A stretch of 59,062 bases of DNA, filler included, from Sluysia triapertura (lineage: Eukaryota): NCBI GenBank assembly GCA_046118255.1. It is 4 parts of 4 records of this genome, joined end to end, with 100 filler letters (N's around TTAATTAATTAA, not from the genome) between each part and the next. Parts side by side here need not be neighbours in the genome. Positions count along the whole stretch, not along the records: positions 11,480 to 24,825 come from JBJNIA010045016.1; positions 24,926 to 47,761 come from JBJNIA010215141.1; 2 more parts are not named here. One strand, given 5' to 3'. The position numbers were made by a program, and so were the translations under genes. The notes beneath the pieces were generated by a model. The model was not told the DNA's origin. It was given only the letters and a program-made list of their open reading frames with translations, and ran no database searches. Shown here one piece after another: positions 13,842 to 26,581 of the stretch (its first letter is position 1; each line of letters opens with the position of its first letter).

Positions 13842-14680
13842 TGTTAGGTTGTCATCACAACCCTACAAAATAATTTAAAATATCATAATAACACTTTAAA
13901 ATTATTTAAAACTATTTAGAACTACCAAAAAATTAATTAAAATCATATAAAACGCTTTAAAACCATTTATTTATCTTTAAAATTACTTGAAAAATATTAT
14001 TTTCCAAAAAAGAAAATAAAATTTTTGAAAAGGAAATTAGTTTCCAAAAATACAATAGAAGTTTCTAAAATGTTCTAAAACAATCCATCGATTTTCATTG
14101 GCTGATGATTAGCTCCACCATTTTGGAAAATCAATTTGCTTCAATTTGTTGCGATTTAAGAAATTGTGAAATCTTAGTAAACGTTCACAATTTATAGTTA
14201 TTCATCAATTTGGCAATTATACTCTGGATAACGTCAATTCCATTTTTGGTAAATTATATATTTGTAAGGGCGATTTCAACTTTTGAAGTTAAAGTCATAA
14301 AACACAGAAAATTTTTACATTATTTTGTAAAGTCCCGATATTTTGAGGGGTAAAATCCACTTAAAATATCTTAGCACTGGATTAAACGCTCTCGGAGCTT
14401 TAATCCCTAAAATAATTATTTTTACATTCTTTATCTATCACCACAGTCGTTATAAATTTTGTATTTTGAATAAAAATTAATATTTTTGTGTTATTTAATA
14501 AATCATTAAAGTTATACCCTTGAGCAATTGTAAGACCCTAACCACAACATTTGAATTTAGATAAATTATTAGCTTATATTATTACAGAAACGCCCTCTTT
14601 AGGACACAAGACGTTTATTCTAATTGGACCCTGCTCAAAAAATATTTTTCCGTAGGTTAAGGGTAAGACAAACCACAGCA
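13842..14680 (+). mobile_element. Solo LTR (family A, copy 2)
   Basis: Same TGTTAGGTTGTCATCAC start and AAACCACAGCA end as 7645-8367; flanks AAAT/ATAT (one mismatch). Confidence 0.78.
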
Positions 14681-17600
14681 ATATTTATTAAAGCGCAACA
14701 TAACGTAGAATAAGCATAATCATAGGAGCAAGTGTTATTATTATTTTATATCTTGATGACAAATGTGGTACTTCCTTATTTCAGTACTCTATTAATAGTA
14801 CTCTAATAGTAGTGATACTCTGTTAACGTTAAATGAAACGTTCGAATTTGAGAATAAAATATAAATTGTATTAACTTCTTTGTAAGATAAATTATTTAGA
14901 ATATTAAACTTAATAAATTTATTATAAACTTTTATGTTATTACTAAATAATTCTATTAATTTAATAAATGTTATATATTAAATGATTTAACAAAAAGCAA
15001 ACTTGACATTGATTATTAGGCAATGAAATTGAGAAAACTTCGTTAACATTTATAAAATTAGAGCAATCACTAAATAATAAAAGCATTAGAAGGGAAAAAT
15101 TGTAATTTACCTTAACCTATAATCCACTCATTAAATATAAGATCAGCTACATCGTGACAGATTTCTTGAAAAACATTATCTAAACTCTTAATTCTTGTAA
15201 ATTTGACCGTCCACTGGGTTTTAAATGCGCATTGGAGAATTTCTAAAGAATAAAAATTTACAATACATTAATTTTTATCGCAACATGTGAGAATGATCTT
15301 CGAAATATAAGATATTATTTAGGTTATTTCACCTAAAAAAGTTAATAGTTTTAGAACTCAATCTGTATTTTACACAAACGTTAATAATAAAAAATTCGTT
15401 TGAAATTAAATGAACAAATTTAAATTCTTTTGATGTTTTGTTAAAACTATTTACAGCCGACCAACATGGATGACATGTAATTAAAATCTTTTAAATATTT
15501 ATTTATAAATTTAGTTTCAAATGATAATGGTCTAATAAAAAATATAAGACATCGTTACTAAACAATTATCGTAAATTAAAACATTTCCAATAGGATGACG
15601 TAAAGATGTTCGATCTGGTGCAACACGCATCGACATAGCTTGAATTAATTTTATATCAGGTTCATTGAGGTTTGTGACATTTTTACGCTTTGAGGTAGCT
15701 TGAAGTAACTCTATATTAACATTGATTATTGAACTTAATATTAATGATCATTACATAACGTTTATGCTTAGTGTGGATTGAATTGGCTTATATTAATGTT
15801 GATCATTAAACTCTATAATATTATCTTTGCAGTTTAGCAAGGATTGAATTTGAATCATTAAACACTATAATATGGCTAAATTTCCTTTTCCTAGTATTAC
15901 AATAAAATAAAAAATGAATAAAACTAACGAAAAAATCACGAAATTCAAAATGTTTGAATTTGATTGAAAGTTAAGTGACGGCAGCGAAAAGGAATGAACT
16001 GTCACATAATTATGAAAAAAATGACACGGTGATTTGAAGATGATAATGATGATGACAATGATGATATTAATGATGATTCGAAGATGACATTGATGATGGT
16101 AGATAGTAAGATCGATGTGATTTAGAGAACTGGTGTGTTATAAAATACGCTAAGAAATATTATGATTATATTAAAGTAGAAGACAATGATAGTGTATATG
16201 AGTAGAGTAGAATTATGCATATGAGAATGGAGACATTTATGATGATTATGATGAAGTTTGTGACGAGAAAGAAGATAATGATGATGATTATGATGGTATT
16301 ATTAGTAATAATGATAGTAACTATAAAAATGATTATATAGTGATTATAAAAATGATTAGATAATATTAATTAATGGATAGATTTCTACTAATAATTAAAA
16401 TTAAAAATTATTTTAATTTAATTTTACTTATTAGAAATAATATTAATGGTAATAATATAAATAAATAATATTAATGTTAATAATAATAGTAACATAGAAT
16501 ATAATAAAAATGGTAGTAAGTAAATGTAATAGTAGTAAAATTAATAGTGATAATGGTTTAAAAAGTTGTAAATGTAGAAATAATGAGTACTGTGATGGAT
16601 GATTGAATGTGAATTTTGTTTGTTTAATATTTTAATTGTTTTTGTATGTTTAGTGGAACGAGGGCTTGGAATCATTACATGTATGATTATCAACGAGAAA
16701 TAAATCAATCCTATTAAATAAAAAAACTCATTAATTATTTAACAATAAGTTAAAGTATAAGATGGCTCCAAATTAAAAATTGGCGGACAAATAATTGATA
16801 AGTTGTAGCAAAAAATTGCGTTTCGAAAATTATGAACGTGATTAGAAAAAGGGCCAACTTTTTAACCAGTCTTTAACAAATCACGTTTGTATTTGTGTAT
16901 AATACATAAAGAATTAAAAAATTATTTACATAATTTTAGAAAATATTATGCACATTATAATATATTGTATTTAGAAAATAAAAATTATTTTTATTTTATT
17001 TTTTAATTTTGTGCAATTAATTATTTTTTCATTAATATTACTTTTTTTAATTTTAGTGTTAATTATTATCATTACAAAATTTTCCAAAATGAGGATGTAT
17101 TGCTGTCAACCTAGCACATGAAATGTATGACCTTCCCAAAAATACTACTTTAATCCAAAATTATTTTACTAAAATTTTTTAATTAATCTAATTTAGTTAA
17201 TTAACAAATGTATTTTACCAATCTTGTAGCGTATGGTGTGTTGAGTTCTAGTATTCGGTAGTTGATTTTAATGCATTTTTATGCAAAAAATTACTATTTT
17301 CAACATGATTTTTAAGTCTTATATAATTACTTAAAATAATAATACTTTTATTAACATTTTTTCAAATAACAAAATATCAAATAACGCCATAATTTCATTA
17401 AAATAAAACAATAAAACGTGAACTTTATATATAAATATATAATAAAAAGTAAAAAAAACCAATACAACATCATATAAGTAATGTTTATAGCATAATTAAG
17501 GTAATCTATGTATCGTTCTCTTTTAGGATAAATATGATTATTTTCTGCTAGAATACATCTTCCATGTTCAGAGTACGATGAGGATTTTGTAACACGTACT

Positions 17601-18684
17601 TTCGAAACATTCTAGCATTGAATTTAATTGAGTGTATTAAATTGAGTTTCAATATTTCCTTTTAAAACTCGTTACATTTTCTTGATGAGGTGATCGCATA
17701 AAGAGCGCTATTAATAATAAGATTATGCATAAAAATACTTGCATAAATATACATACATAAAAGTAACATGACCATTTTGCTAGTCATCACCATGTATTGA
17801 TCTTTTTTAATTTTTAAATTTTATTTAATTATTATTTTTATAGTTGAATAATTTAAATGTTTTCTATGACAAAATAAGCAAGGCGGACATCGTTTACAAA
17901 GACAACAAGAACGTGGATATTCGAGTTATAGGATTAGTTTTCAACTAATAATAAATACTGATTGTATATAACTCAGTAACGCATTAGTTTGATTAATTAA
18001 TTGAGCATTCAATAAGTGTAACAAATGTTTCTAACAAATAGATCTCATTTGTTTCTCAAAAGTCATGATGATCTCTAAATCAATGAACACTATGACTCTA
18101 TAATCTTGTAACAGATTAGATTTCAATCAAAAATTGATTTCAAATTGTGTATAAAATATGATCATCCAATTCATTTGCAAAATTCACTGATAAAACCAGT
18201 TTTTACGATTATTGTAATATCAAATCTGATTATAATTTTAGTTTTTCTTGGAATAGATTGATTATCTTACCATCAACATTGCGACTTGGCAATTTAGACA
18301 TATTTTTTATAAACATATGAAATTAATAGTTGACATAAAGTTAATCTACATAAAATGAATTATGTCGTTAAACGATGAAACAAAAACTGCAAATTTTTAA
18401 TAATAAAATAATATAAATTTTTTAGTATTAATAAAAATAAATTTTTAATATTTGTAAGTCCCTTTATGAAAGGTTTTTGTATTAATAACAAGTATTCTTT
18501 AATAATTTTAGATAATTTTAGTTGTGTACATAATTAGTGAATTCGCAATATTAAGTAGGTCATTATTATCTTCTCAAAATTACCATTTTAATTAAATTTA
18601 TTAATCTAAAAACCGAAGACTTAAAATTTCAAATAAATAAATTGACTGACAGATAAAATATATATAACTTTTCTCAACCTTGAG

Positions 18685-19884
18685 ATGTTGCAAACTTTTT
18701 TAAAAGGTAAAATACTTTAATCGAAATAAGATAATTCATTCCTAGAGTGGATAGAGAAAACGATTTTAGATGTATTTTATCTACAACAAAACCACAAATT
18801 GATCAAAAATATTGAAAAATGTAATTAAATGAAGAATTTTTCATGTCGAAAATTATTGAGAATCACTGCTATAAATAATAAATCGAAGTCTTGTTTGTCA
18901 GTCAAATAGATATTTAAATTTATGACTTATTCTAGGCATAACAGTGAAAAATGTATACAATTATAATTATTACTTTCAGAGAAATGACTCTAAAAGAACT
19001 TAGCTGTTCTGGTCAGCATGTGATACGATTGTTTCGAAGCATTTTCTTCGAGTTATATTCAGAAAATTCGATACCAAATATTGAATCTGTAGTAGAAATA
19101 TTATGGATAAATGTTCAACCGATTGATATTACATCTAAAAAGACTTACAAGGTTACTTTCTTTTTATCTGTTAAAGTATAATTATGAATTATTTTCTTAC
19201 TTATTGCTGTACCAATTTCGTTAAATCTTAATATTGTGAAAATAATGTGGGAAATGTCCGATCTTATTTATTTTTGGAAATTGACTAAGTAATCGAAGAG
19301 AATTACGAGGATGCATGAGTTTATAAAATAAATTGGAAAAATGGAATTAATAAAAAATAGTGCAATTATTTACACGAATGACATATTTGAGATTTAACTT
19401 AGCAAAAAAGGTAGCTTCACTTCGTAATTCCACTTAGTTTTGAATAGCATGACTTACACGAAAGTCACCTTGGTTCATTTTGTTCGTCTACTTTTTTTAT
19501 AATGTGCATAAAATACCAATAAAGTACTGTCTATTTAAAAAATTATTGCAATAACACCGAATATTTTTTTATGTACACAAATTAGTGGAACATAGCATGC
19601 AGAGAATAAAATAGTAAGACTTATCAGGTGTAATTCGCAATTAAAATAGAAATGGATCATATTCTGACATGGATTACTGTGTTGTTACAATAATATATTA
19701 TATTATGTTAATATATTAATATATTATATTAATATTAAAATAAATATTTTATAATGGTTTTTGGCAAGTAATGACTATTTATAACATAATTAATGAATGA
19801 TTTATTTAATGATTAATCGTTATTGATTTTATTAAGATTATATATTACATATCATTGGACTTGATATTTCGCAATACAAAATAG
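18685..19884 (+). CDS. Putative small OB-fold protein (TPP1/Est3-like or RPA70N-like), spliced
   Basis: Hand-spliced exons 18685-18706, 18746-18771, 18835-18887, 18980-19151 and tentatively 19837-19884, all GT..AG and in frame: MLQTFLKEWIEKTILDNFSCRKLLRITAINNKSKEMTLKELSCSGQHVIRLFRSIFFELYSENSIPNIESVVEILWINVQPIDITSKKTYK(IIYYISLDLIFRNTK*). Confidence 0.45.
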
Positions 19885-20604
19885 AGCCGTTATTCGTTTA
19901 TTTCTCAATGAGTGAACTTATTAATCTTTATCACTTTACCCTGCAGTAATACTTCCATACTTGGCCAGCGTGAGTACTAGGGTTTGGCAATATTGTTATT
20001 ATTGTGTTTCATTCACTGTAAGCCAACATATATTGCACATCGTGCATGTGGAACAGTCTGCTACCATTTTCAAGTAAAATATGTAGTTTGAATTCTTGGA
20101 GTTACAAAGTTTAGCTGCTACCCATTCATCGATTCCTTGCAAATATGATGGTCATATTAAATAAATTGAACATGACGTTGTTTTTAACTTATAAATCAGA
20201 TAAATTCTGATCTGCACAATTATAAACATGAAACCATGAGCAATACTGCAACGGGTCCATCATTAGGTCAAAATATTAATAACTATTGTATAATTGTGTA
20301 TCTAATGTATTACATTATTTGAATTAGATTATCAGTATTAATTCTTTTTTTCATAATTAAATTATATTAAAATTAATGTTTTATTTAGAACAGCCATAAA
20401 CTGTTAATATTGAGCTCAAGCACTCAAAGTTTCGTCATTTTGTATCATTATAATATCACCCAATCAAAATTTATTTTGAATGAAAATAAAAGTTTTAGTT
20501 ATCAATCTGGATTTAGAAGTTACAGTAATTTTAAATATTTATTTCCAATATACGATCCTGCTGATGTTGATGCCTCAAATGATTATACTAAGTTAGATTT
20601 GTAA
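19837..20604 (+). CDS. Exon-like segments of unknown product
   Basis: 19837-19911, 19947-20073 and 20110-20164 join in frame across 35- and 36-nt GT..AG introns; a further open segment at ~20389-20600 (NSHKLLILSSSTQSF...). No recognisable domain. Confidence 0.3.
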
Positions 20605-23600
20605 ATAAAATATTTAAATTATTGGACGCTAATGAAAATTGATCATTATTCTTAATTTTATTTAGAAAAATTTGTAGATTCTAAATTTGTACATCTTTTT
20701 ATGGAGAAATGTTTATGTGAAAAATAAGTTTTTATAAATTAAAATAAGTCTTTTAAAAATGAAATCAGATAAAACATAACATGTTAGTATAATCGGTAGA
20801 TTCAAAGAAAGAGTTTAAGATATCCAATATTGTGAAAAAATGTAGGATTTCGGTTTTAAATGTGTATAATAATATGTATAATAAAATGAGTCTCCTGCGA
20901 TTCTAGTCTTGCACACTTAAGGACTGTGCGTAGGTATTAGCAAAAATAAATTATTAGTGGAAGTTTAAACTAGTTAACTTATTACTTCCTTAAATTTCCT
21001 TTTCTAAGTTTGTACTGATTTTAATTGCAATATTAATAATTAAATACGGTTAATCTTTCGGTTTAGGGTTTCAATAATGATTGATAGTAAAGTCCGATTT
21101 TGCTACCGTATATTTAAAAACGGTATATCGAATTTCTGAACAGTTAAAATTATTTTGAAGAGGTAACCATTACGAGATTCTTTACAGTAATCTGATTCTG
21201 TTTTTCTGTGAAATATGTAACTTTGTATTTTGAAGGGTTTCCCTTATTTAAAGTAATGGTTAAATTAAACTTAACTTCGCTACTTATTTTCTGCTGTTTT
21301 AAAGATAGCATTAAAATAATTCCAAACTTTCGCAATCTAATATTAAGAGCAATCTTAGTATTAATATTACTTGTTGTGTTTTTATAGATATAATTGTGGT
21401 GTGCCGACTATGTGCAATACTTTTGGTGCTACTTACACGCATAAATTTACATAAAACCACCCACTGAAATATCCTATATATCATCAACATCACATCATCT
21501 TCTCACCATATACACATCTTAAAATCTACAATAAAATCGTTCATATCAAATTGTAATATTTAATTTTTATTAATATCAAGACTATCTTTTTCCAGCATCG
21601 TTTCCCTCATCCTTATTAGCACCATTCCGAAGAGCACTTTTAAACTCTTCGTTTTTTTTGTTTTATTGTGTAAATCCGTTTCCCTGTATCTAATATTTGA
21701 TTATCGAATAAAATTAAAGTTAAAAAAGTGATATCGAAGAAATTGTGGATAATTTGTGTATAAATATTTAAATTAAGAACTAATGAACAATTGTTATAAA
21801 ATATCGAACGTCAATAATCGTGTAGAAATTCTGGCAGATATTTATTCGAAGTTAATCGAATATTTTACACAATCACCATTGGCGTCTGATTTTCATGTTC
21901 ATTTTCCAATCAATTCCATATGTAGACATTTAACCTACGACAGTGCTTTGATGATAGGGTTCAAAAGTTTATTAACGGATTAGACAACTTTTCGGAGCAC
22001 TTATTATCTAATTCCAAAGTAAAGAAATACAAGATAAAGATATAGAAACACTTATTCGAATTAATTATCGAATACTTTATGAAATTATTCCCACACACGG
22101 AATTATTAGTGCACATTTGAAGGCAAAAAAACAATACTCAATAACCTCAACTTATCAAGAATGAATGAAAACAAATCGATCATTGATTCATAATCTCCTC
22201 TAGACTCGGATCATCAACCCGGCTTCGAGTTTCACGTACCACTGGTTTTCAACGAAATTGTATTGTTATTGATGGTTGTGACAATTGTTCTAGTGACAAG
22301 AGGTTACAACTGCAACTCAGGCGGCAACATTAATGGCAGAGAATGCAGAATGGTTATCGAAATTAAAAAAATTTAGAGACATACAGAATTCCATGGAAGA
22401 ATCAATCATTAATTTATTTAGTTGATTTAAGAATGAAATCGATTTAGAAGAGCATCAGATATTCGACTACGTTGTCAGCGAATAGCTCGATTCATCTATT
22501 TGTTTACCAATTTTAGAAGAAAAAGAGAAACATGATAAAGAAATTTTAAATTATTTAAAGTCACAAAAAATACATGCAATGAACCTCAGTATCTTTATTA
22601 TTATTATTATTAATTATAAAGAACGATCAAATTTTATATCCATTACATAAGTGTTGATCTAACGAAATTTACGATACAAGTTGAGGAAGAAGAATATACT
22701 AAAAGTAGCTTAGAGATTCCTAATATGCTTTGCGTTTATGACATGGATTAGCACAAATTCAGATAATTAAATTTAAATTAATAAATTTGTTTTAATAATG
22801 TGTTTTTTTCGCACTTTATAAAAATTAAACTATTTTAAAAGCTTAAGAATAAGATTTCAATACCATTATTTCACGTTAAATTATGTCAGTTTCGAATAGT
22901 CTTGTCGATTATGTGTTTGAGATTATAGTGACAAAAGTAGATTAGCTCATTATAATGAAAATTTAGTAATTGCAAGTCGTAGACTTCAAATCAGTGTACC
23001 AGGTGAACGTTTTAAAGCTAAAATGTCTTTAGACGATGTTTCACTAGAAGCAAGGGCAACTTCAAGAGGAATCTGGTTCTTTTTCGTGGTATTCGAGATC
23101 ATGATCGAGAAACTAATACTTAATGTCATGAACTCTGTGAACAAGAAGTGCGATGTCTTAGTTTTAATTTTTTCATTTAAATTTTGAACTGAATTCTAGT
23201 TTTAATGAACGAATATTAGTATACGCTTTTAAGTTGGGACTGTTGAATCATGATTTTTGTGATCGTTTTATGTTTGGCTTAAATTTTTTAAAAATTTAAA
23301 ATTCTCTGGTAAATTTTATATACGTGTTATGTGTCTACAATCTATCTTGCAAATTTAATGTCATATACAATAAATGCGATGAGTAGTTATTTGTCTTACT
23401 TTATTTATGTTTGTAATCGCAATAATGAACTTTTAAAAAAGTTTAACGAAGGTCTTAAGCCTGATATTGTTAAATTTTATGATTCAAACCTCAAGTCCAT
23501 TCGATTTCGGAAAATTTTAAAATTAAAGTTTAATAATTTTAATTCACTTGAGCTGTTTAAGTTTAAATGACCTAAAAGAATAAAAATTACTTTAATTTTT

Positions 23601-23678
23601 GTTAAATTTTTTAATTTTTTAAATTACAAAGATAAGAAAAGCCAGCAAGCTTTATGTAGTATAATCGGGCCATCACAA

Positions 23679-23724
23679 TGGTGTCGGGAGTGGAATTTGA
23701 ACCTTCGCACTCAAAAAGTATTAA
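23679..23724 (-). pseudogene. tRNA-Leu 3' fragment with encoded CCA / extended LTR primer-binding site
   Basis: Minus strand ...TACTTTTTGAGTGCGAAGGTTCAAATTCCACTCCCGACACCA resembles the tRNA-Leu variable arm, T arm, acceptor strand and CCA; on plus it reads CA-A-TGGTGTCGGGAGTGG, the geometry of an LTR end followed by a PBS. Confidence 0.65.
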
Positions 23725-24825
23725 ATGCGCCATTAAAATATATTTAATTTGTTGACTGTATTTATAAATCGTTTGTCATTGACTTTATTGTTTTGGAGAA
23801 TTTGAATAATTAAGTTTAATCATTTAAGTTGCTTATAACCAAGTGTGCAGTTTTCGCATATATCTAGGTTATATGACTGTGACCCTCAATACAAACTTAG
23901 TCAAGGGCTTTCCTTCACTATAGGCGGATCCACCTTCGGGAATAATTTTGCAATATAAAGCAGAGTTACGTAAATTGTCTACAAATTTTATATAAAACAC
24001 TAGCTACTTTACAAGAAAAGTTGAAGAAGTTAATTAAGTAAATTCATTTAAAGAAAATCAAAGAAAACACTTGCAATAGTATAATGAAGAAATCTTGGAA
24101 TGTAACTCACCATATTTAATTAGCCGAAAATGAAGAAGCTATGTAGAAATAAAGAAACATGCGCGTTTATTAAAATAGAAATGAAAAACAAATACTGTCA
24201 TTCATAACCAAATATACAAGCTAACACAACCACTAAATGAATGCATTTGAATTATAATCTGGTCTGGCCAATATTATAGGAAAAAATTATTTAATATATA
24301 AGAAATGTATACGTCACGAAAATTTATACATTATGATCCTTTTTACGACATTAACTATCAAAATAAAATTGACCATATAATTGAAATTAACTAGAGACTG
24401 ATTTAATGATGCAAAATTGTTATATAATGGAATTTAAAAGTTATCTGTTACACTATATAAAGTAAGGTTTTCTGCTCTTATTTCATATTATTAAACCCAA
24501 TTTCTTGTTAAAACTGATTATTATAGTATTATTTCGTAGCGCATAGATACAATAATTAAATAAAACAAAATAAAATCATTTTTATTATTTATATACCTAA
24601 ATACTGTATATTGAATTTTCTTTTATTAACATACTTCAGTAAATTAAGCGTTTGTTCTATTATTTGATTGTAGAAATCTGAAGTTTTAATTTGATTGAGA
24701 AACTAAAATTTGCACATTCATTTCTACTATAACCTCCTTGATATTAGAGTATAATAGTATATCTATTTAATTAATTAAATTTATATAAAGTAAAATATCT
24801 TAGGGTAAAATTTCTACGACAATTC

Positions 24826-24925
24826 NNNNNNNNNNNNNNNNNNNNNNNNNNNNNNNNNNNNNNNNNNNNTTAATTAATTAANNNNNNNNNNNNNNNNNNN
24901 NNNNNNNNNNNNNNNNNNNNNNNNN
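24826..24925. other. Assembly gap with artificial linker
   Basis: 44 N + TTAATTAATTAA + 44 N. Confidence 0.97.
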
Positions 24926-25081
24926 TAAATTTTCGAATATTTGATATTTTATTTAATTGATATTTACACTTTTTAACAATACAATTAATATTTTCTTCCA
25001 TTTTTGAATCCAGCCTATATTTTGAACTTTTTTTACTACCTACATTTATTTTGGTATTGTTGCTATTTTTATTACTGAATA

Positions 25082-25300
25082 TTATAAATTCTGACTTTTT
25101 TCATTGATTATTTTCAAGTACTTATTTCCAAACCATTTTATCAATTCAGATAGTAGTTCTTCTGTTCTTTGAATAGTATTCTCTGTGTTATTCATTTCAA
25201 ATTCAGTATATATTGGCACGTCATAATCATATGATTCGATTACACTTGAAACATCATCGATACATATTATAAACATTAAGTGACCCAAGTACTGATCCGA
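25082..25300 (-). mobile_element. CR1/L2-type RT fragment (degenerate YADD region)
   Basis: GSVLGHLMFIICIDDVSSVIESYDYDVPIY...LIKWFGNKYLKIINEKS, matching GS.LGP.LF.IYIND...YADD..IY...WF..N.L.lN..K. Confidence 0.7.
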
Positions 25301-25873
25301 GAAGTTTCATTTTAATTTCTCTAAATCATTTACTTAGTGCTATTTTTAAAATTTATTATTATTAATTATTACATAATTAAATGAATGTAATTAAAGTATT
25401 TTATCTTATCTTAAAGAATTACATTGGTTACCAATAAAAGTAAGAATAGAATTCAAAATAATGACTCTAATTTGTAAATGTCCTCAAAATGTCAAATTAC
25501 CCCAAGATTATGAAATAACAAATATTATAGTTAACGATTAATTTTAAGCCCTTTGAAAACTCATCTTGCACAACTTATTCGGCACAACATAAATTATTAT
25601 TAAGTTACTAAAAAGTAATATAATTTAATAAATATATTAATTAATAAACATTAAAATGATCATCGAATTATCTAATTCTAACCAAATTTATAAATAAAAA
25701 GTCAATAAACTAAATCGACAAGTACTTCAATATTCCGTATATTTAAATAACGTGTGATATTTTAAAAAGCTTTTATTATTTTCTAAGTATTGAAATTGAA
25801 TCAGAAATATTGATTTTCCTCTTAAGTTTATTATTTTTGTTTAAAAATATTATAATTTTTGGAAATTTCAGCT

Positions 25874-26581
25874 ATGAATCGTGGTAAAAATAATCGTTTT
25901 CAGCAACGAAACAAAAATAATAACAATGCAGTGTCCATTCGAAATTTCAACGGATATCAGAGATACAAACCACAAGGAGAAGACTCAGTATCACGTCATT
26001 ATATGTCGCATTCATGTGAATTGGATATTGATCAAAATGCCACTAAACGATTTTTGACATTAGAACTATATAAAGTTCAATTTAGACAAATGATTTTTTA
26101 TTTATCATCGAAAAATTTAAGCGTCGATAATTATTTAGCAAGCTTATGTGATCAGGATGGATATTGCGAATTAGAACACTTTACAAATTTCGGTCGCATG
26201 AAATCATTAAAGAGTAGCATTAATGATTTAGTAAAGGTATGTAAAAGGATAAAATTAATAAATATTGATCCAACCAATCCAAATTATGCAACGATATTAT
26301 TTAAAACAAATGATTCGGGTAACATTTTGATAAAACGAAGTGACTACGACATATCAAATCGTCACTTACTCTCAAAACGTCTACTTGATGCAATGGATTA
26401 TCCCGAGTATTGTTACCCATACATGCAAGAATATCTGCCAATTCTGAATCATAATTTCCCACCTGAAGAAGAGTCGAATAATCAAGATGATTATATAAAT
26501 GCAAACGAATTTATTAAAAAACATTCAATAAAATTAAATCGAAATGTATTTAAAAAGATAACAATTACGAATTCAGTTTGA
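25874..26581 (+). CDS. La-motif (LARP-family) RNA-binding protein, single coding exon, 235 aa
   Basis: RQMIFYLSSKNLSVDNYLASLCDQDGYCELEHFTNFGRMKSL matches the La motif KQ.EYYFS..NL..D.FL...MD.DG.V....i..F.R.K.L; R/N/Q-rich N-terminus; first ATG at 25874. Confidence 0.85.
   Translation: MNRGKNNRFQQRNKNNNNAVSIRNFNGYQRYKPQGEDSVSRHYMSHSCELDIDQNATKRFLTLELYKVQFRQMIFYLSSKNLSVDNYLASLCDQDGYCELEHFTNFGRMKSLKSSINDLVKVCKRIKLINIDPTNPNYATILFKTNDSGNILIKRSDYDISNRHLLSKRLLDAMDYPEYCYPYMQEYLPILNHNFPPEEESNNQDDYINANEFIKKHSIKLNRNVFKKITITNSV

Noticed and set aside
18826-18828. In-frame TAA as evidence of a reassigned stop codon
   Set aside because: It can be removed by a GT..AG intron, and long true exons (e.g. 42619-43759) contain no in-frame TAA/TAG.
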